From Eledone cirrhosa (lineage: Eukaryota): a stretch of DNA of 64,000 nt. The stretch is taken from contig OZ024743.1 of the NCBI GenBank assembly GCA_964016885.1, positions 180,606,001 to 180,670,000 on the forward strand, read 5' to 3'. A program made the position numbers and the translations under genes. Shown in pieces: positions 15,313 through 31,374 of the stretch; position 1 is the stretch's first letter, and each line of letters begins with the position of its first letter. Below the pieces are notes generated by a model, which was given only the letters and a program-made list of their open reading frames with translations, did not search any database and had not been told where the DNA came from.

Positions 15313-16637
15313 CACACATACACATACACACACATATACACATGCATATATACACATATACACATACATACATACACACATATATACACACACAATCTTA
15401 CATTCATATTTGCATGCGCATATATGTATTTTTATATTCAGATATAAATACCCAAACATATATACACCTACCTACATATATATTCATACATACACGCTTA
15501 CAAACACAGATGATAATAGTATGGGGGAAAGGGGGGGGGTTGGAGAAGGGGATTATAGTAAATATATGTTTCAAGAAACATAGAATATTATCCGTATCTG
15601 GATCCAATGTATGTTTTTACATAGTTTCAGTGTTAGGAAATACAATAAACAAGAAATAAGGCAAAATTTATGCATTTCAAAATAAACAAGTATACCATTA
15701 ATTATATGTTAACTAAACTAAAGATAGTTAACATATTGATTTCTAAGGTGTAAATTAGTTAGGTTTATAATATTTGAAGCAGAATTTTGAAGTTAAATAG
15801 TAGTAGAGTATTAATTATAGTATAACTAAATTAAAGTTAATAACGTTATGGTATCAATATTAGGAAATGAATTTAGTAATAGGGAAAAAACAAATAAAGT
15901 ATTACATCGGTAGTAGAATATAAATTATAGGTTAACTAAATTAAAAATTATATATTTATTTCTATAGTATATGTTAATTAGGTATATAATAAATAAAACA
16001 GATATTGTATTTTATCAATAGCAGAATATAATTATATGCAAATAGAAATCAAAATTAATACATATACATATACATATACATACACATACATATATACATA
16101 TATATACACATATACATATACATATATACACATATACACACACACACACATACACATACACATATACATATACATATTTTTTTCAAAAAATTGCATAGAA
16201 TATATTAACTAGGTATATATCCAAAACACATCCCATTCTATGATTACATGACATTCTGCAATTCGTCTGTATAAGGATACTAATTTTAAGCAAATTAAAT
16301 TAAATTTTTAGGTTGATTAAAATTAAAACCAAATTATAAATATATTTCTAAAATGTATATTAATTAGGTCTATAATACTAAAAATTATTACTCTGTCATT
16401 GGATACACGATATTATTTTGTTATATTTTATCTGTAAAAGAATTATAATAAAAGGTTTAAATAAATTAAAATTAATCTATAAATTAAATTACTAAGTATA
16501 TATTAGTAATATTTAAAGGTTTTTCACAATTTATGATTACATAATATTTTATATTCTCATCTGTAATAAAATTTTAATTAAATTAAATTTATAGGTTAAC
16601 CAACATTTAAATTAAATTAATTTCTAAAATAATGTTA

Positions 16638-19096
16638 TTAATTAGGTTTATAATATTTAAATGTTTTTTTTAGTTTATGATTACACGATATAATTAATTC
16701 CTGTCGTTTATTTAATAAGATATCCTTAGATTTCATTATTTCGAATAGTTCTTGGGAACATAATCTACATTCATTTCTATTATTTTGATAAGGGGTGGCT
16801 CTTTTGAGCACACTCCAGGTCAAATCATATTCTATATTCTTATTTTTATAACTATTGATTTTTTCTGCTAGAGATGTTGTATTAGCCAGTGCGGCATTTT
16901 TAAAACTATGCTTGTGGGTATTAAACCTTGTCTTAAAATTGTTAGAGGTAGCTCCTATATATGAGCAAATAGAATCTTTAGTTTTAACATTACATTTATA
17001 GACTATGTTGTTAACAAGACAATTCCCTTTTAATGGGCAGTTTGCTTTGTTTCTACAGTTACATCCTTTCGTTAATTCTGTATTTGAGGAGATATTATGG
17101 TTAATTTGATGTACTGGTGGTATACTTATGGTTTTCTTACATTTATATGCATTATAGGCACTTATATTTTGTTTTATGTTATTTGTTGTAGAGTATGAGA
17201 ATTTAACTGTAGACCTATTTAAGATTTGATGGTATTTGTGGTTTGGCGGGAAGTTTTTCTCTAGGATATAAAAAAAATTTTTTAGCAATATTATCCTTAA
17301 TTTGTAAATTAAATGGAGCATTATACCAGGTAACCCGTCTATTACGGTTTCTATGTTGTTTATTATTTTTATTATTTTTATAGGTTGTATCGTGATTTTT
17401 ACTAGGAGGATTAATGTTAATGATCTCACCACAACCATTTTTAGTTATATTTGTAGATTTAGGTGTTTTATCCTTTTTATTAGGAGTTTTATTATTAATA
17501 TTTATTAGAGTTGTATGATGAGTAGTTTTTTGAGAGTTACTATACTTTATATTAGAAGATTTGGTATTTTGGGGTATAGTGTGGGTGGCATTTAGGTGTG
17601 TACTTTTCATTTGGTGTTTGTTGGTAATATTAGGTTGTATGCTTTCAGTATTTTTAGTGGAAGGTATATATTCTAATCTATTTTTGTGGCCACTTCTATC
17701 TAGAGCTTCGTTATAGAAGGTCGCATTTTTATCAAATACATCTTGGTTAGAAGAAAGGTTAGAAATTCTAAGTGATATATTATATGCAAGGTTTTTAAGG
17801 ATAGATTTAGGGTGATTAGATTGTGAGTGTATGTAATGTAAGTTTTGGTTAGGTTTATGGTAAGGTTGGTAGATACCCGTAGCTAAATCTAAAGTTATAT
17901 CTAGGAAATTTACTACTTGTTTTTTCAAAAGTAATATTAAGATTATAATAGTCTTTAAGGAAAGTTCTAATATGTTTTTTGTTTTTTTCAATTTCTGAAA
18001 GGCTAAGGTTGTTAGAAAGAAGAAGACAGTCATCACGATATAAACCACCTTTGAGGTGGGGAAAAGAGGCATTTATGTTGAAAAGGAGAAAGAGGCCCAC
18101 AAGATCAGTAATTTGGGCGGAATCGCTTGAACCCATAGTAATATCAAATAGATTACTATATGTGTTTCTGGTCCAGTATTCATTCTGAAATTCAATAAGT
18201 GTTAGTCTAGCATGTGTAATAATATTAATGTCATCCAAAGTTAAGTTAGATCTATTTTTAGCAAATATCAATGCTTTGTTCAGGAGTATAGGTGATATAG
18301 AAGAATAGTAATTATCTATATCAAATTGTAGAAATGAAGCAGAAGATTTACACCTAATATTTTTAAACCAGTTAATTACCTGGGAGGTGTTTTCCCAGAG
18401 TGGTAAAATAACGTGTTTTCTTATTTGTGGGATGACTCTATCTAAAATTTTTTTGCTAATTATTCCAATATCTGATTTGGAGGGACATATAAGTCTAATA
18501 GAAGGATTTGAGTTAAAGTTTGATTTGTGATCCTTCAGGTTGAAGTGTGGTCTTTTCAATGCCAAAGGTTCAGTTCTATCTTCAATGTTTAGTTTTTTTA
18601 CTATGTTGTGTGTTTTGTTGTTGATGTTGGTGAGTGACGCATTATTAGATTTTTTATAATTTTTTCTGAGTTCTTTATATATGAACTCGTTATAATGTTC
18701 AATATCCATATGATACAAGTTACCAGTTTTGTCCGAGTGGACATGGATTTTTTTAGACTTTTTTAGGTCCAATAGGGTAGAATCAAGGTCCTTTTGAAAG
18801 ACGGATTTATACTTTTTAAATTTGAGGTGTTTAATTAAATTAAAAAGGTCTTTCTCGAAGTCTTCAAGTAAAAAGTTGTGTGGTGGATTCTTGTAAGTAT
18901 TGAAATCATACATATATTTCCGATCTGCTTGTTTAGATTTTCTATCGAAGTGGTAGGCTCTCCATCTAACCCTTCTGATAAAATTATTAGTTTTCTGAAT
19001 CATAAGGAGTAAGAAGTCATCCTTAGAAGGTATTGGTATGTTTTTTAAGGAGGTTCCTAAATATTGTTTTTCCATTGTGATATGGGTGATGGACAA
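16638..19096 (-). pseudogene. PLE RT-GIY-YIG ORF with two frameshifts (about 17920 and about 17275, both in homopolymer runs)
   Basis: SLKNIPIP, RLICPSKSDIG, FDIDNYYSSI, FDITMGS.DSA, GLYRDD, FLDITL, WYNAPF, CNC..CP..CL, IVYKC...YIG...FKTR..H. Confidence 0.9.
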
Positions 19097-19426
19097 TTGA
19101 AAGAGCTCAACTAAATGTATATGGGTTTATAAAATCATACATATATATGTATATACATAAATATAAAATTAATACACACATACAGTACAAAAATACGAAT
19201 ATTTCCGTGAAAATAGGAGCAAAATTATGTAGATAAATCTACCAAGAGTTTACGGTAGTGTCCAATCCGTATGAAGAACTCAATGTATTCCGGATATCAT
19301 GGAAAGAAGAGATGTAATGAAAAATCACTTTCGGTGAAAGATAAACGGTATACAGAGTCAAGATAAAATATTAAACAAATAATGAATAAACAATGAGACA
19401 GTTCCTTATATTAAACAAAAAAAGTT

Positions 19427-19576
19427 CATTATTTAACGATCGTTTCTAGGATATATATGTGTTAGAATTGGCATGCATATTCAACAGATCTATGTACAAA
19501 ATTATACAAAATTATACAAACTATCAAGATTAAATATACATACCAACACATATATACGCCGTCTTCAGAAATAATG
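19427..19576 (-). ncRNA. Type I HHR with 115-nt stem II domain
   Basis: cattattt-CTGAAGA-cggcg-tatatatgtgttgg...ctaacacatatata-tccta-GAAAC-gatc-GTT-aaataatg; perfect 8-bp stem I. Confidence 0.72.
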
Positions 19577-20204
19577 AAGTATATTTATTGATAATAACAA
19601 CAATTCAAAATTTCAGGTCCGTTTGGGAACAAAATTGACCAATGAAAACACAAAAGGTTAAATGCAGTTCGGTGTGTGTATATACATGTAAAACCCTTAC
19701 ACATATTTTACAAAAATGTATGCATAATTTGTATACGCATACTAAAAGGATGGATGCAAATACAAAATTTCAAGGTTAATGTCTCTGTAAGTTTATAATG
19801 CACAGATAAGATGCGTATAGACACACAAATATGAAATAAGTATATAAATATATTTTCATACTCACACATATCCGTACAATCACACATACACGCGCGTATA
19901 TGCATAAATATACACATAACCACGAACATACAAACACACACACACCCCCACTCACATTTATATATGTGGATATAAAATCATAAGCACATGGATATTAATT
20001 CACTCACATAAACACTGGCACACACATTTAGATCAAGATACAGAAATTAGGTGGGAGGGGGGGAGAGGTCAGTATTCAACGGTCTGGGCAGACTGCTTAA
20101 TATAGATGTATCTATAAACTAAGAAAGTAAAAAATAATAAATAATAAATAAACATTAAAGAGGAAAGAATAGAAAAAGAAAAAAGAAAAAAGAAATATAT
20201 CAAG

Positions 20205-20250
<46 letters not shown>

Positions 20251-20396
20251 CACACACACACACACATACATATATATACACATATACAAACACATACATA
20301 CATATACACACATCCACACTAAGAACATACATACACACACATATATAAACATATACATATACACACATACATACATATACACACATACATATAAAT

Positions 20397-20459
<63 letters not shown>

Positions 20460-20776
20460 CATACACACATACATACACATATAATCACACATACTATATA
20501 GACACACATATATATACACACACATACACGCACATATACATACACTTACATACTTATATACATACAGATACACACATACATAGCTATATATACACACAAA
20601 TATATACAGACATACATACATACATACAGACAAATACTTACGCATCTATATATCGGTATATACATACAAACACCACTACACTATCACACAACTCAGACAT
20701 ACAAAGAAAAAGGTATATACCTATACACACATACATATACAAATAGAAAAACATATAGATATATATATATATATAT

Positions 20777-20823
<47 letters not shown>

Positions 20824-20956
20824 CATATACACATACACACACATACACATACATACACATACATACATGTACACACACATAGAAATATATACATATATAT
20901 ATATATGTACATATATATATATATGTACATATATATATATAAATATATGTATGTAC

Positions 20957-20987
<31 letters not shown>

Positions 20988-21007
20988 GTACATATTATAT
21001 TATGTAC

Positions 21008-21038
<31 letters not shown>

Positions 21039-21124
21039 GTACACACATAGAAATATATACATATATATATATATGTACATATATATATATATGTACATAT
21101 ATATATATAAATATATGTATGTAC

Positions 21125-21155
<31 letters not shown>

Positions 21156-21202
21156 GTACATATATATATATATTATATATATATATGTACATATATATAT
21201 CA

Positions 21203-21771
21203 ATTTTACGTCTTTTATATTATTGTTCTGCACCCTCCTGCATTGAACCACCTAGGTACTATGACATAACCTGTGTATTTGCTGGCATGGACGTGCATCT
21301 GTGCGCCTATGTTAGTTGATATATTAAATTATCTATATTTATCTCCAAATCACTGATTTGTCGAGCAAACCTGCCAAAACCACTTCAAAATTTTTTTTGG
21401 GGTGTTAGTAGGCGTCAGTCATCTTACCATCCCATTCCTTCTAACTAGCCTCTATGTCACGTGATTGATTCTTTAGAATCGGCCATTTGACTGGAAGCAG
21501 TGAGAATTTCAGTACATAGAATCCAGTCCTCGCCTAGCTGTTCTTTCAACCGAATTATTATTTTTATATGAGCCGCCAGTGTCCGCGAATTGCCTGGAGG
21601 CTCAGCTGAGAATAGACTCCCTGATGACGCAATGAATTCTCGACAGTTGGATTATGTAACTGTCTTTATCCCATTGCAGAAACTAATTAGTTGGAGTGAA
21701 AATTTAAGTAAGTAAGTAAAAAATTTTTTTAAAAATTTTTTTAAAAAATATTTTCTTATTTTACGTCTTTT
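21203..21771 (+). mobile_element. 555-bp non-coding monomer (family C) with a short terminal direct repeat and an HHR
   Basis: attttacgtctttt at 21203 and 21758; flanked by (TA)n. Confidence 0.75.
21616..21697 (+). ncRNA. Type I HHR with branched stem II
   Basis: actcc-CTGATGA-c-gcaatg..[gacagtt/aactgtc hairpin]..cattgc-a-GAAAC-taatta-GTT-ggagt. Confidence 0.82.
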
Positions 21772-23065
<1,294 letters not shown>

Positions 23066-23067
<2 letters not shown>

Positions 23068-23795
23068 GAAGAGAGAAGAAACATTTAGATATAATTAGTA
23101 ATAAAATGTATCATACCTAAACTGCTCCTAGATTCCTCGACTACGTAGTTTCGTGGCATAAACTAAAACAATACATCATAATGATATAGAGTCCTTGCGA
23201 GGTCTGCCGACTTATCAAGAGGATACCTCATTTTACTAGTCTCAAGAACGCGTCTACACGACGTGAGAAAGAATCCCAAAAGGCGGAGGGGGAGATAGTC
23301 ACGCGATATAACGGTCGAGAAACAGAGCTAAGCCTCTTATAACCTCGAAGAAAATACCACGGAGGCGGAGGGGGTAATTATATCGAAGCCGTAGAAGAGG
23401 TGGTGAAGGAGGCGAGAAGTATGAGTAATGGAAGCTTTCCAGCAGTCCCCACACTTCAATGATTGCTCGACCAGAGGGAGTTATTAACAATATATTTAGA
23501 AACACACAGATACATGCGGACACACACATATACATGAATGCATCCGCACCCAACCGTGAGTTAAGGGTGCCAACTTCACCGATGTTGCTCAATGAATGAC
23601 TGGGACAGACCAATACGGTTGAACTAGACTGAACCAGTATCTGATACTGGTTCATTCTAGTTCAACCGGATTGGTCTGTCCCAGTCATTCATTGAGCAAC
23701 ATCGGTGAAGTTAGCACCCTTAACTCACGGTTGGGTGCGGATGCATTCCTGTATATGTGTGTGTCCGCATGTATCTGTGTGTTTCTAAATATATT
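23066..23795 (-). mobile_element. Non-coding unit (family D) with a fold-back palindrome of about 310 bp (23487-23795) and a variant HHR
   Basis: Arms about 23487-23628 and 23656-23795; centre tgaaccagtatc-t-gatactggttca; (TA)n flanks. Confidence 0.75.
23133..23223 (-). ncRNA. Type I HHR, U3-A8 core variant with extended stem II
   Basis: tcctc-TTGATAA-gtcggca...tgccac-GAAAC-tacgta-GTC-gagga. Confidence 0.72.
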
Positions 23796-25068
<1,273 letters not shown>

Positions 25069-25071
<3 letters not shown>

Positions 25072-25517
25072 GAGGAGGTTATAGTTCACTTGAAGCATTG
25101 TGTAATGAGGTATAAACGTTTGAATATGTGTAATAAAGCCAAAACAATGCAAAACATAGAAAACAGAATGTAATTGTAAAAGATATTGTTGACAATTCGT
25201 CCTTTACCTTAATTTGATATAAATGTCCTTAATTTTCGAGATAATATCTATTCTTCGGAGGGAAATAAAGGTCTCAAACGAGCATTCTAAATATCTTGCC
25301 GTGATTTCCTGTCAGCATGGCTTGGCAAGATATTTAGAAGGCTGGTTTGAGACCTTTATTTCCCTCCGAAGAAGAGATATTATCTCGAAAATTAAGAACA
25401 TTTAAATAAATTTAAGGTAAAGGATGAATTGTCAACAATATCTTTTACAATGACATTCTGTTGTCTATGTCCATACCTGCATTGTTTTGGCTTTATTACA
25501 CATATTCAAACGTTTAT
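25069..25517. repeat. Diverged fold-back unit (family E) with a degenerate HHR-like motif in each arm (25226-25264 minus, 25361-25398 plus)
   Basis: Arms about 25110-25300 and 25324-25517; cct-CCGAAGA-a-gagat-att-atctc-GAAAATTA. Confidence 0.6.
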
Positions 25518-25535
25518 ATATATATATAATATATA

Positions 25536-25580
<45 letters not shown>

Positions 25581-25703
25581 TGTACATATATATATATATA
25601 TAATATATATGTACATATATATATATATATATATATAATATATATGTACATATATATATATATATATAATATATATGTACATATATATATATATATATAT
25701 ATA

Positions 25704-25753
<50 letters not shown>

Positions 25754-25788
25754 TGTACATATATATATATATATATATATAATATATA

Positions 25789-25829
<41 letters not shown>

Positions 25830-25964
25830 TGTACATATATATATATATATATAATATATATGTACATATATATATATATATAATATATATGTACATATAT
25901 ATATATATATATATATAAAATATATATGTACATATATATATATATATATATAATATATATGTAC

Positions 25965-25996
<32 letters not shown>

Positions 25997-25998
25997 TG

Positions 25999-26029
<31 letters not shown>

Positions 26030-26109
26030 ATATAATATATATGTACATATATATATATATATATATAATATATATGTACATATATATATATATATATATA
26101 TAATATATA

Positions 26110-26160
<51 letters not shown>

Positions 26161-26198
26161 TGTACATATATATATATATATATATAATATATATGTAC

Positions 26199-26230
<32 letters not shown>

Positions 26231-26265
26231 TGTACATATATATATATATATATATATAATATATA

Positions 26266-26316
<51 letters not shown>

Positions 26317-26321
26317 TGTAC

Positions 26322-26364
<43 letters not shown>

Positions 26365-26384
26365 TATGTACATATATATATATG
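25518..26384. repeat. (TA)n with higher-order ATAATATATATGTAC motif
   Basis: Direct reading. Confidence 0.9.
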
Positions 26385-26416
26385 TGAGAAAAACCACAGA
26401 CCCTCCATCTCAACTC

Positions 26417-26456
26417 TCCTTTTGAAAAGCAGAAGAACTGCGAAACCGGTAAAGGA
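26417..26456 (+). ncRNA. Minimal type I HHR, U3-A8 variant, in a 200-bp pseudo-LTR fragment (26385-26589) related to the Neptune element
   Basis: tcctt-TTGAAAA-gcag-aagaa-ctgc-GAAAC-cg-GTA-aagga then AATAAA; upstream resembles 55741-55760. Confidence 0.75.
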
Positions 26457-26581
26457 ACCAAATAAATATATTTTTTAAAAAAATAAGTCTTCAGTTGCAT
26501 TTTCGATTTCATCTCTTTTTCTTTATACTCTCACTCGTGTAGGACACCTCGGTTATTTTTCATTTTGTAAAAAAAACTCAC

Positions 26582-26650
<69 letters not shown>

Positions 26651-26660
26651 ATATATATGT

Positions 26661-26706
<46 letters not shown>

Positions 26707-26711
26707 TGTAC

Positions 26712-26743
<32 letters not shown>

Positions 26744-26778
26744 TGTACATATATATATATATATATATATAATATATA

Positions 26779-26863
<85 letters not shown>

Positions 26864-26936
26864 ATATATATGTACATATATATATATATATATATATAAT
26901 ATATATGTACATATATATATATATATATAATATATA

Positions 26937-27003
<67 letters not shown>

Positions 27004-27006
27004 TGT

Positions 27007-27049
<43 letters not shown>

Positions 27050-27453
27050 CATATATATATGAACGAATCCATTCTCAGAAAAAAAAATGTCTGTAAGCAC
27101 TTAAGATAAAACACCATCTAAAGATATTATTAAGTATAACATATCTGGCGGATTAAGAAATCTGACTGCATATGAAGATTTAGATTTGTGATTTTCTCTA
27201 TTACTTTTTGGATTTAGGGCATACGGTATTGCCTGCCATTTAATAACATTCGAAACGTTATATCTAAATTCGTTTATGTTGTAAAAATAATTATGATGGC
27301 ATATTCTTACGACGGTATCTGAGTAAACCCAAGCAGTTATTATAAAGACATTTGGCACCGCTTCACGCAATTATTTATGAAGAAATTATCGGTTGCATTT
27401 TCACCTTTTAGCCACAGACACAGACACAAACAGAGACATAGATACAGACACAT

Positions 27454-27505
<52 letters not shown>

Positions 27506-27666
27506 GTATATCTATTAAATTGCGTGTTGGTGTGCATGTATATATATATATATATATATACATGCACACCAACACGAAATTTAATAGATATACATATACA
27601 TATATATATATATATATATATACATTGAGATATATGTATATGGATACTAATGCGCATGGGTGTGCA

Positions 27667-27711
<45 letters not shown>

Positions 27712-28091
27712 CAAATATATCTGTGTGTGTATGTGTGTATCTGAACATATGTGTGAATGCGTACGTTTATATATGTAGTTTCTAAGTACTAACTCAGGAG
27801 GCTCATGTCTAGGAGATAATGCATATAATTAAAATTTTGATTCTTACTATGGAGTTATGTAGATGGATTTTGATGTACTAGTGATTAGTTGGATTGGATT
27901 GGATGGAAAATAGCATCTAATGCATTCCGATATACCGGAAGTAAATATGGGTAACAGAATATAACAATCATATTTACTATTAGGATATATACATCAACCG
28001 AGGAAATATAGATATACATAGACGGATGGATACTGAGAGATATATAGATATAATTACAGATATATCAATATATCGCATATATATCCAGAGG

Positions 28092-28290
28092 CTAAACTCC
28101 GCCAGTTGCAGACTGTGCATGAACATGAGATATTTTTTTCCACAACGTTCGATCTCCAGCAGTAGAGTTTAAAGAGCAAAGGTCAAGTACAGTCCCTAAG
28201 TTGACTTTGTCAATCCATCGTTTTGGCTGCCGGCTTCTGCTTCTCTTACCAGCCGACTTTCCTTCTGGGAATATATACACACTTTTTATT
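28092..28290 (-). mobile_element. RTE-type LINE 3' fragment
   Basis: EGK..GKRSRSRQPKRWID...DRTLWK, typical of the RTE ORF C-terminus. Confidence 0.6.
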
Positions 28291-28784
28291 TTTCAAGCGT
28301 AGGTCTAAGGAAATATACAATATTATACACACACACACACACACACGTGTTTGTGTGTGTGTATAATATTGGATATTTATATATATATTATATATATATA
28401 TACATATATAGGGGCGGCGGGGGGGGGGGGGGGGGGGGCACATTTGCTCTGTTTAATTCTGATTAGTTTAGCGCTTTACACTCTGACAAATGGTCAGAAA
28501 ACTTCGATATGCGTTAAACATCACATCTACATAAATTGTAGCCCATATCCAAATAGATGTGTGTTTTGGTAGTTTGGAGAAAAAAAATGTAATTATTACC
28601 CGACCCCCACTTCACCAGTTACACCACCCCTGTATATATATATAATTTTCAAAAACATTATGCTCTGTAATCTTTTCTAAAGGGTTAATATATCGACCTT
28701 CTTCGCATTTGGTAATAAACTGGTATTTACCCAATTTATTCATCTCCTATATACACACATATATATATTTACACATATACAAGT

Positions 28785-29005
28785 AAATATTAGCGAGAAT
28801 CGAATTTCAGCTCAGGAATAACGAAAAACACTTCCGAGTTGTGTGGCAAGCGCTCGATAATTCATATGAATTAGAGCTTACAACTTACGTTAAAGGCCAA
28901 ACACACTGAGATGGTGGTTAAACTAATCATCCGCACAGCGAAAAATCGACCGCCTAATTCGGGTCAAACAGATATACACATATATATATATATATATACA
29001 CACAC

Positions 29006-29053
<48 letters not shown>

Positions 29054-29480
29054 TTAAGGATACTATTTATGGTTATGTATATACTAAAACTTTTTATAGT
29101 TATATATATTTTAAACCCTAAACAGTGAAAGACAGTAATTTATTACTACCTTATTACCAATAAGATAAATAGCTCAATGTAATAACATCAGTTGTTCTAC
29201 AGAGCAGTTATATAGAAATCACATGAATCAAAGTTCTGTTCAAACCATTTATTAGCTTACAATTGTTTCGTATATATATATATGTATATATGATAATATT
29301 AATAAATGGAAACTATATTTATAAAACCATATTTATATTTCAAGAGTACCAAAACTTTGGTACGCTCTCATCAGATAAAATACAAAATTTATTTTATAAA
29401 TATTGACATATCCAGGAAGGAGGTCTTAACGGTTCTTTTCTTGTACCTATTTATGCAGTTACATACAGATTTTAGTGTAC
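28785..29480 (-). repeat. Dispersed repeat (homologue at about 55995-56290) with HHR-like motif at 29331-29379, interrupted by TA-rich sequence
   Basis: Shared blocks agcgagaatcg, tggcaagcgctc, tcatcagataaaata, aaatattgacata. Confidence 0.55.
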
Positions 29481-29603
29481 CCTAAAATATTGTAAATTTA
29501 TTTATTTATTTTATTTTATTATCATATCGTGTTTATATTCGTGTGTTTTTATGTGTGGACCTGTGTGTGGGTATATGTACGTGTGTGTGTGTAGATGCGT
29601 ATG

Positions 29604-29646
<43 letters not shown>

Positions 29647-30184
29647 GTGGGTAGGTGCTGTGGTGTGTGTATGGGCATGGGTGCGTGTGTGCATGAGCTT
29701 ATACGCGCCTGTATGTGCAGACATGTGCATGTATATACATATGTGGCGGAATGTGGGTGTATGTGTGTATATGTATATGTATATGTGTGTCTATATATGA
29801 ATATATATGTATATATGTCTATCTATGTATGTGTGAGTATGTATGTATAGCCACGTATGAGTAGGTGTGTCTGTGGGTGAGTAAGTGTGCGTATATATAT
29901 GTGTGTGTGTGTATGTATATATATATGAATATGTGTGTGGGTGCAAGTGCATGCATATGTGGGCCTCTATGTGTGTGTATGTGTATTTGTGCATACAAGT
30001 ATGTGTTTATGTGCATCTCATAGGAATGCGTGCGGATGATTATACATGGACTATGTATGCTTTTTATTATTACTATTATTCTTGTTGTATTACTTTATCA
30101 CATATCCTTTGTATGTATCCGTATATGTATGTATGAGTCTGTGTACATGTGTGTGTGTGTATGTGTGTGTATATATATATATAT

Positions 30185-30620
30185 CTATCGTACTCTCTTG
30201 TACTCGTTCTCTCACTATTTATCACAAACTCCCCCGCTATATCTTTTACAAGAATGTCTCAACAGCCACCTCTATATATTTAACAATAGTTATCTCTCCC
30301 GACCCCCTTATATCTACATGCATTGAAATCTACCCATTTCTATATCTTCTACACGACGCTCTCTATCTATGTCAATTACCACCAAACTCTCCCAATTTCT
30401 ATATTTACTACACGGAACTCTCTTCCAATAAGCCTGTTTATATCAACTGACACCAAAATCTCACCCTCATTATATTTACTACACGGAATTCTCTTCCAGT
30501 ACCCCTCTCTATATCAATTAACACCAAACTCTCCATCTCTCTATATCTTCTACACGTTACTCTATTCCAATACCCCTCTCTATATCTATATGTAACTCTC
30601 CCATCTATCTCTACATAACA
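30185..30620. repeat. Degenerate minisatellite with units of about 40 bp (ctctatatc..tacacg)
   Basis: Recurrent ctctatatc / tacacg / ccaaactctcc motifs. Confidence 0.55.
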
Positions 30621-30877
30621 TGCATATAAATTGTAACGCATATACAAATAGATGTGTGCTTTGGTAGTTTGGGGAGAAAATATAATTATTGAGGAGACCG
30701 TGCCCCCACCCTTCAGTTCCACCGCTCATGATATATATATATATACACTGATATACATACACACACATATATATATAGATATATATATATATATATATGT
30801 GGTTGACGGCTGAGAGAAAGGAATACTCAATACCGAAGTAGAGTTTTAATATTTATTTTCTTAAGACTGAATAGTAA

Positions 30878-30928
30878 GTCTTGTTACTCTGGGGTTTCGC
30901 CTGTTTATCACAGGGTCATCAGACAAGA
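30878..30928 (-). ncRNA. Type I HHR
   Basis: tcttgt-CTGATGA-ccctgt-gataa-acaggc-GAAAC-cccaga-GTA-acaaga; AATAAA downstream. Confidence 0.82.
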
Positions 30929-31374
30929 TCTCTTCTGTCATGACCTGTATCGATATACGGCGTTTCAAGGGCATGTTTTTAACCCAGCGGAGTCCCTCTG
31001 CTCTCCAGGTTTGAATACTGCAGATTTCTTCCCGAGAACGATAGAAAGAGTAAGAGAATGGACTTGAGAAATAGATATAGAGGAATAATTGACCAAAAAA
31101 CTAGGCTGGTATATTTTATTTTATCGAACTTGAATGGATGAAAGGCGAGATTGATCTCTGAGAGCAGAGGGCCGAAACTAATACTGCAAATCATTATATC
31201 TGAAGTTATATCGACTCTGCCAGTTCACAGCCCTTTTGATATAGATATAAACTTAAAATGTTCACACCCTACCCGTGTCTAAATATCTGGCTAAGCCATT
31301 AATTAAGATATCAATATGACTAAATCTATAACAATTTATTTTAATACTGTTCTATATTTTTGAGACGAAGAATT

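Larger units (their letters stand above)
12058..20885 (-). mobile_element. Penelope-like element, Naiad-type, with direct pseudo-LTR (about 12058-13720 repeated at about 19227-20885) and a microsatellite-rich 3' region of about 4.6 kb
   Basis: Long direct repeat at offset about 7168 flanking an RT + GIY-YIG ORF; ends lie in (TA)n. Confidence 0.88.

Noticed and set aside
27117-27262. CTAAAGA...GAAACGTT with a long stem II
   Set aside because: G5 missing and stem I weak; at best a decayed remnant
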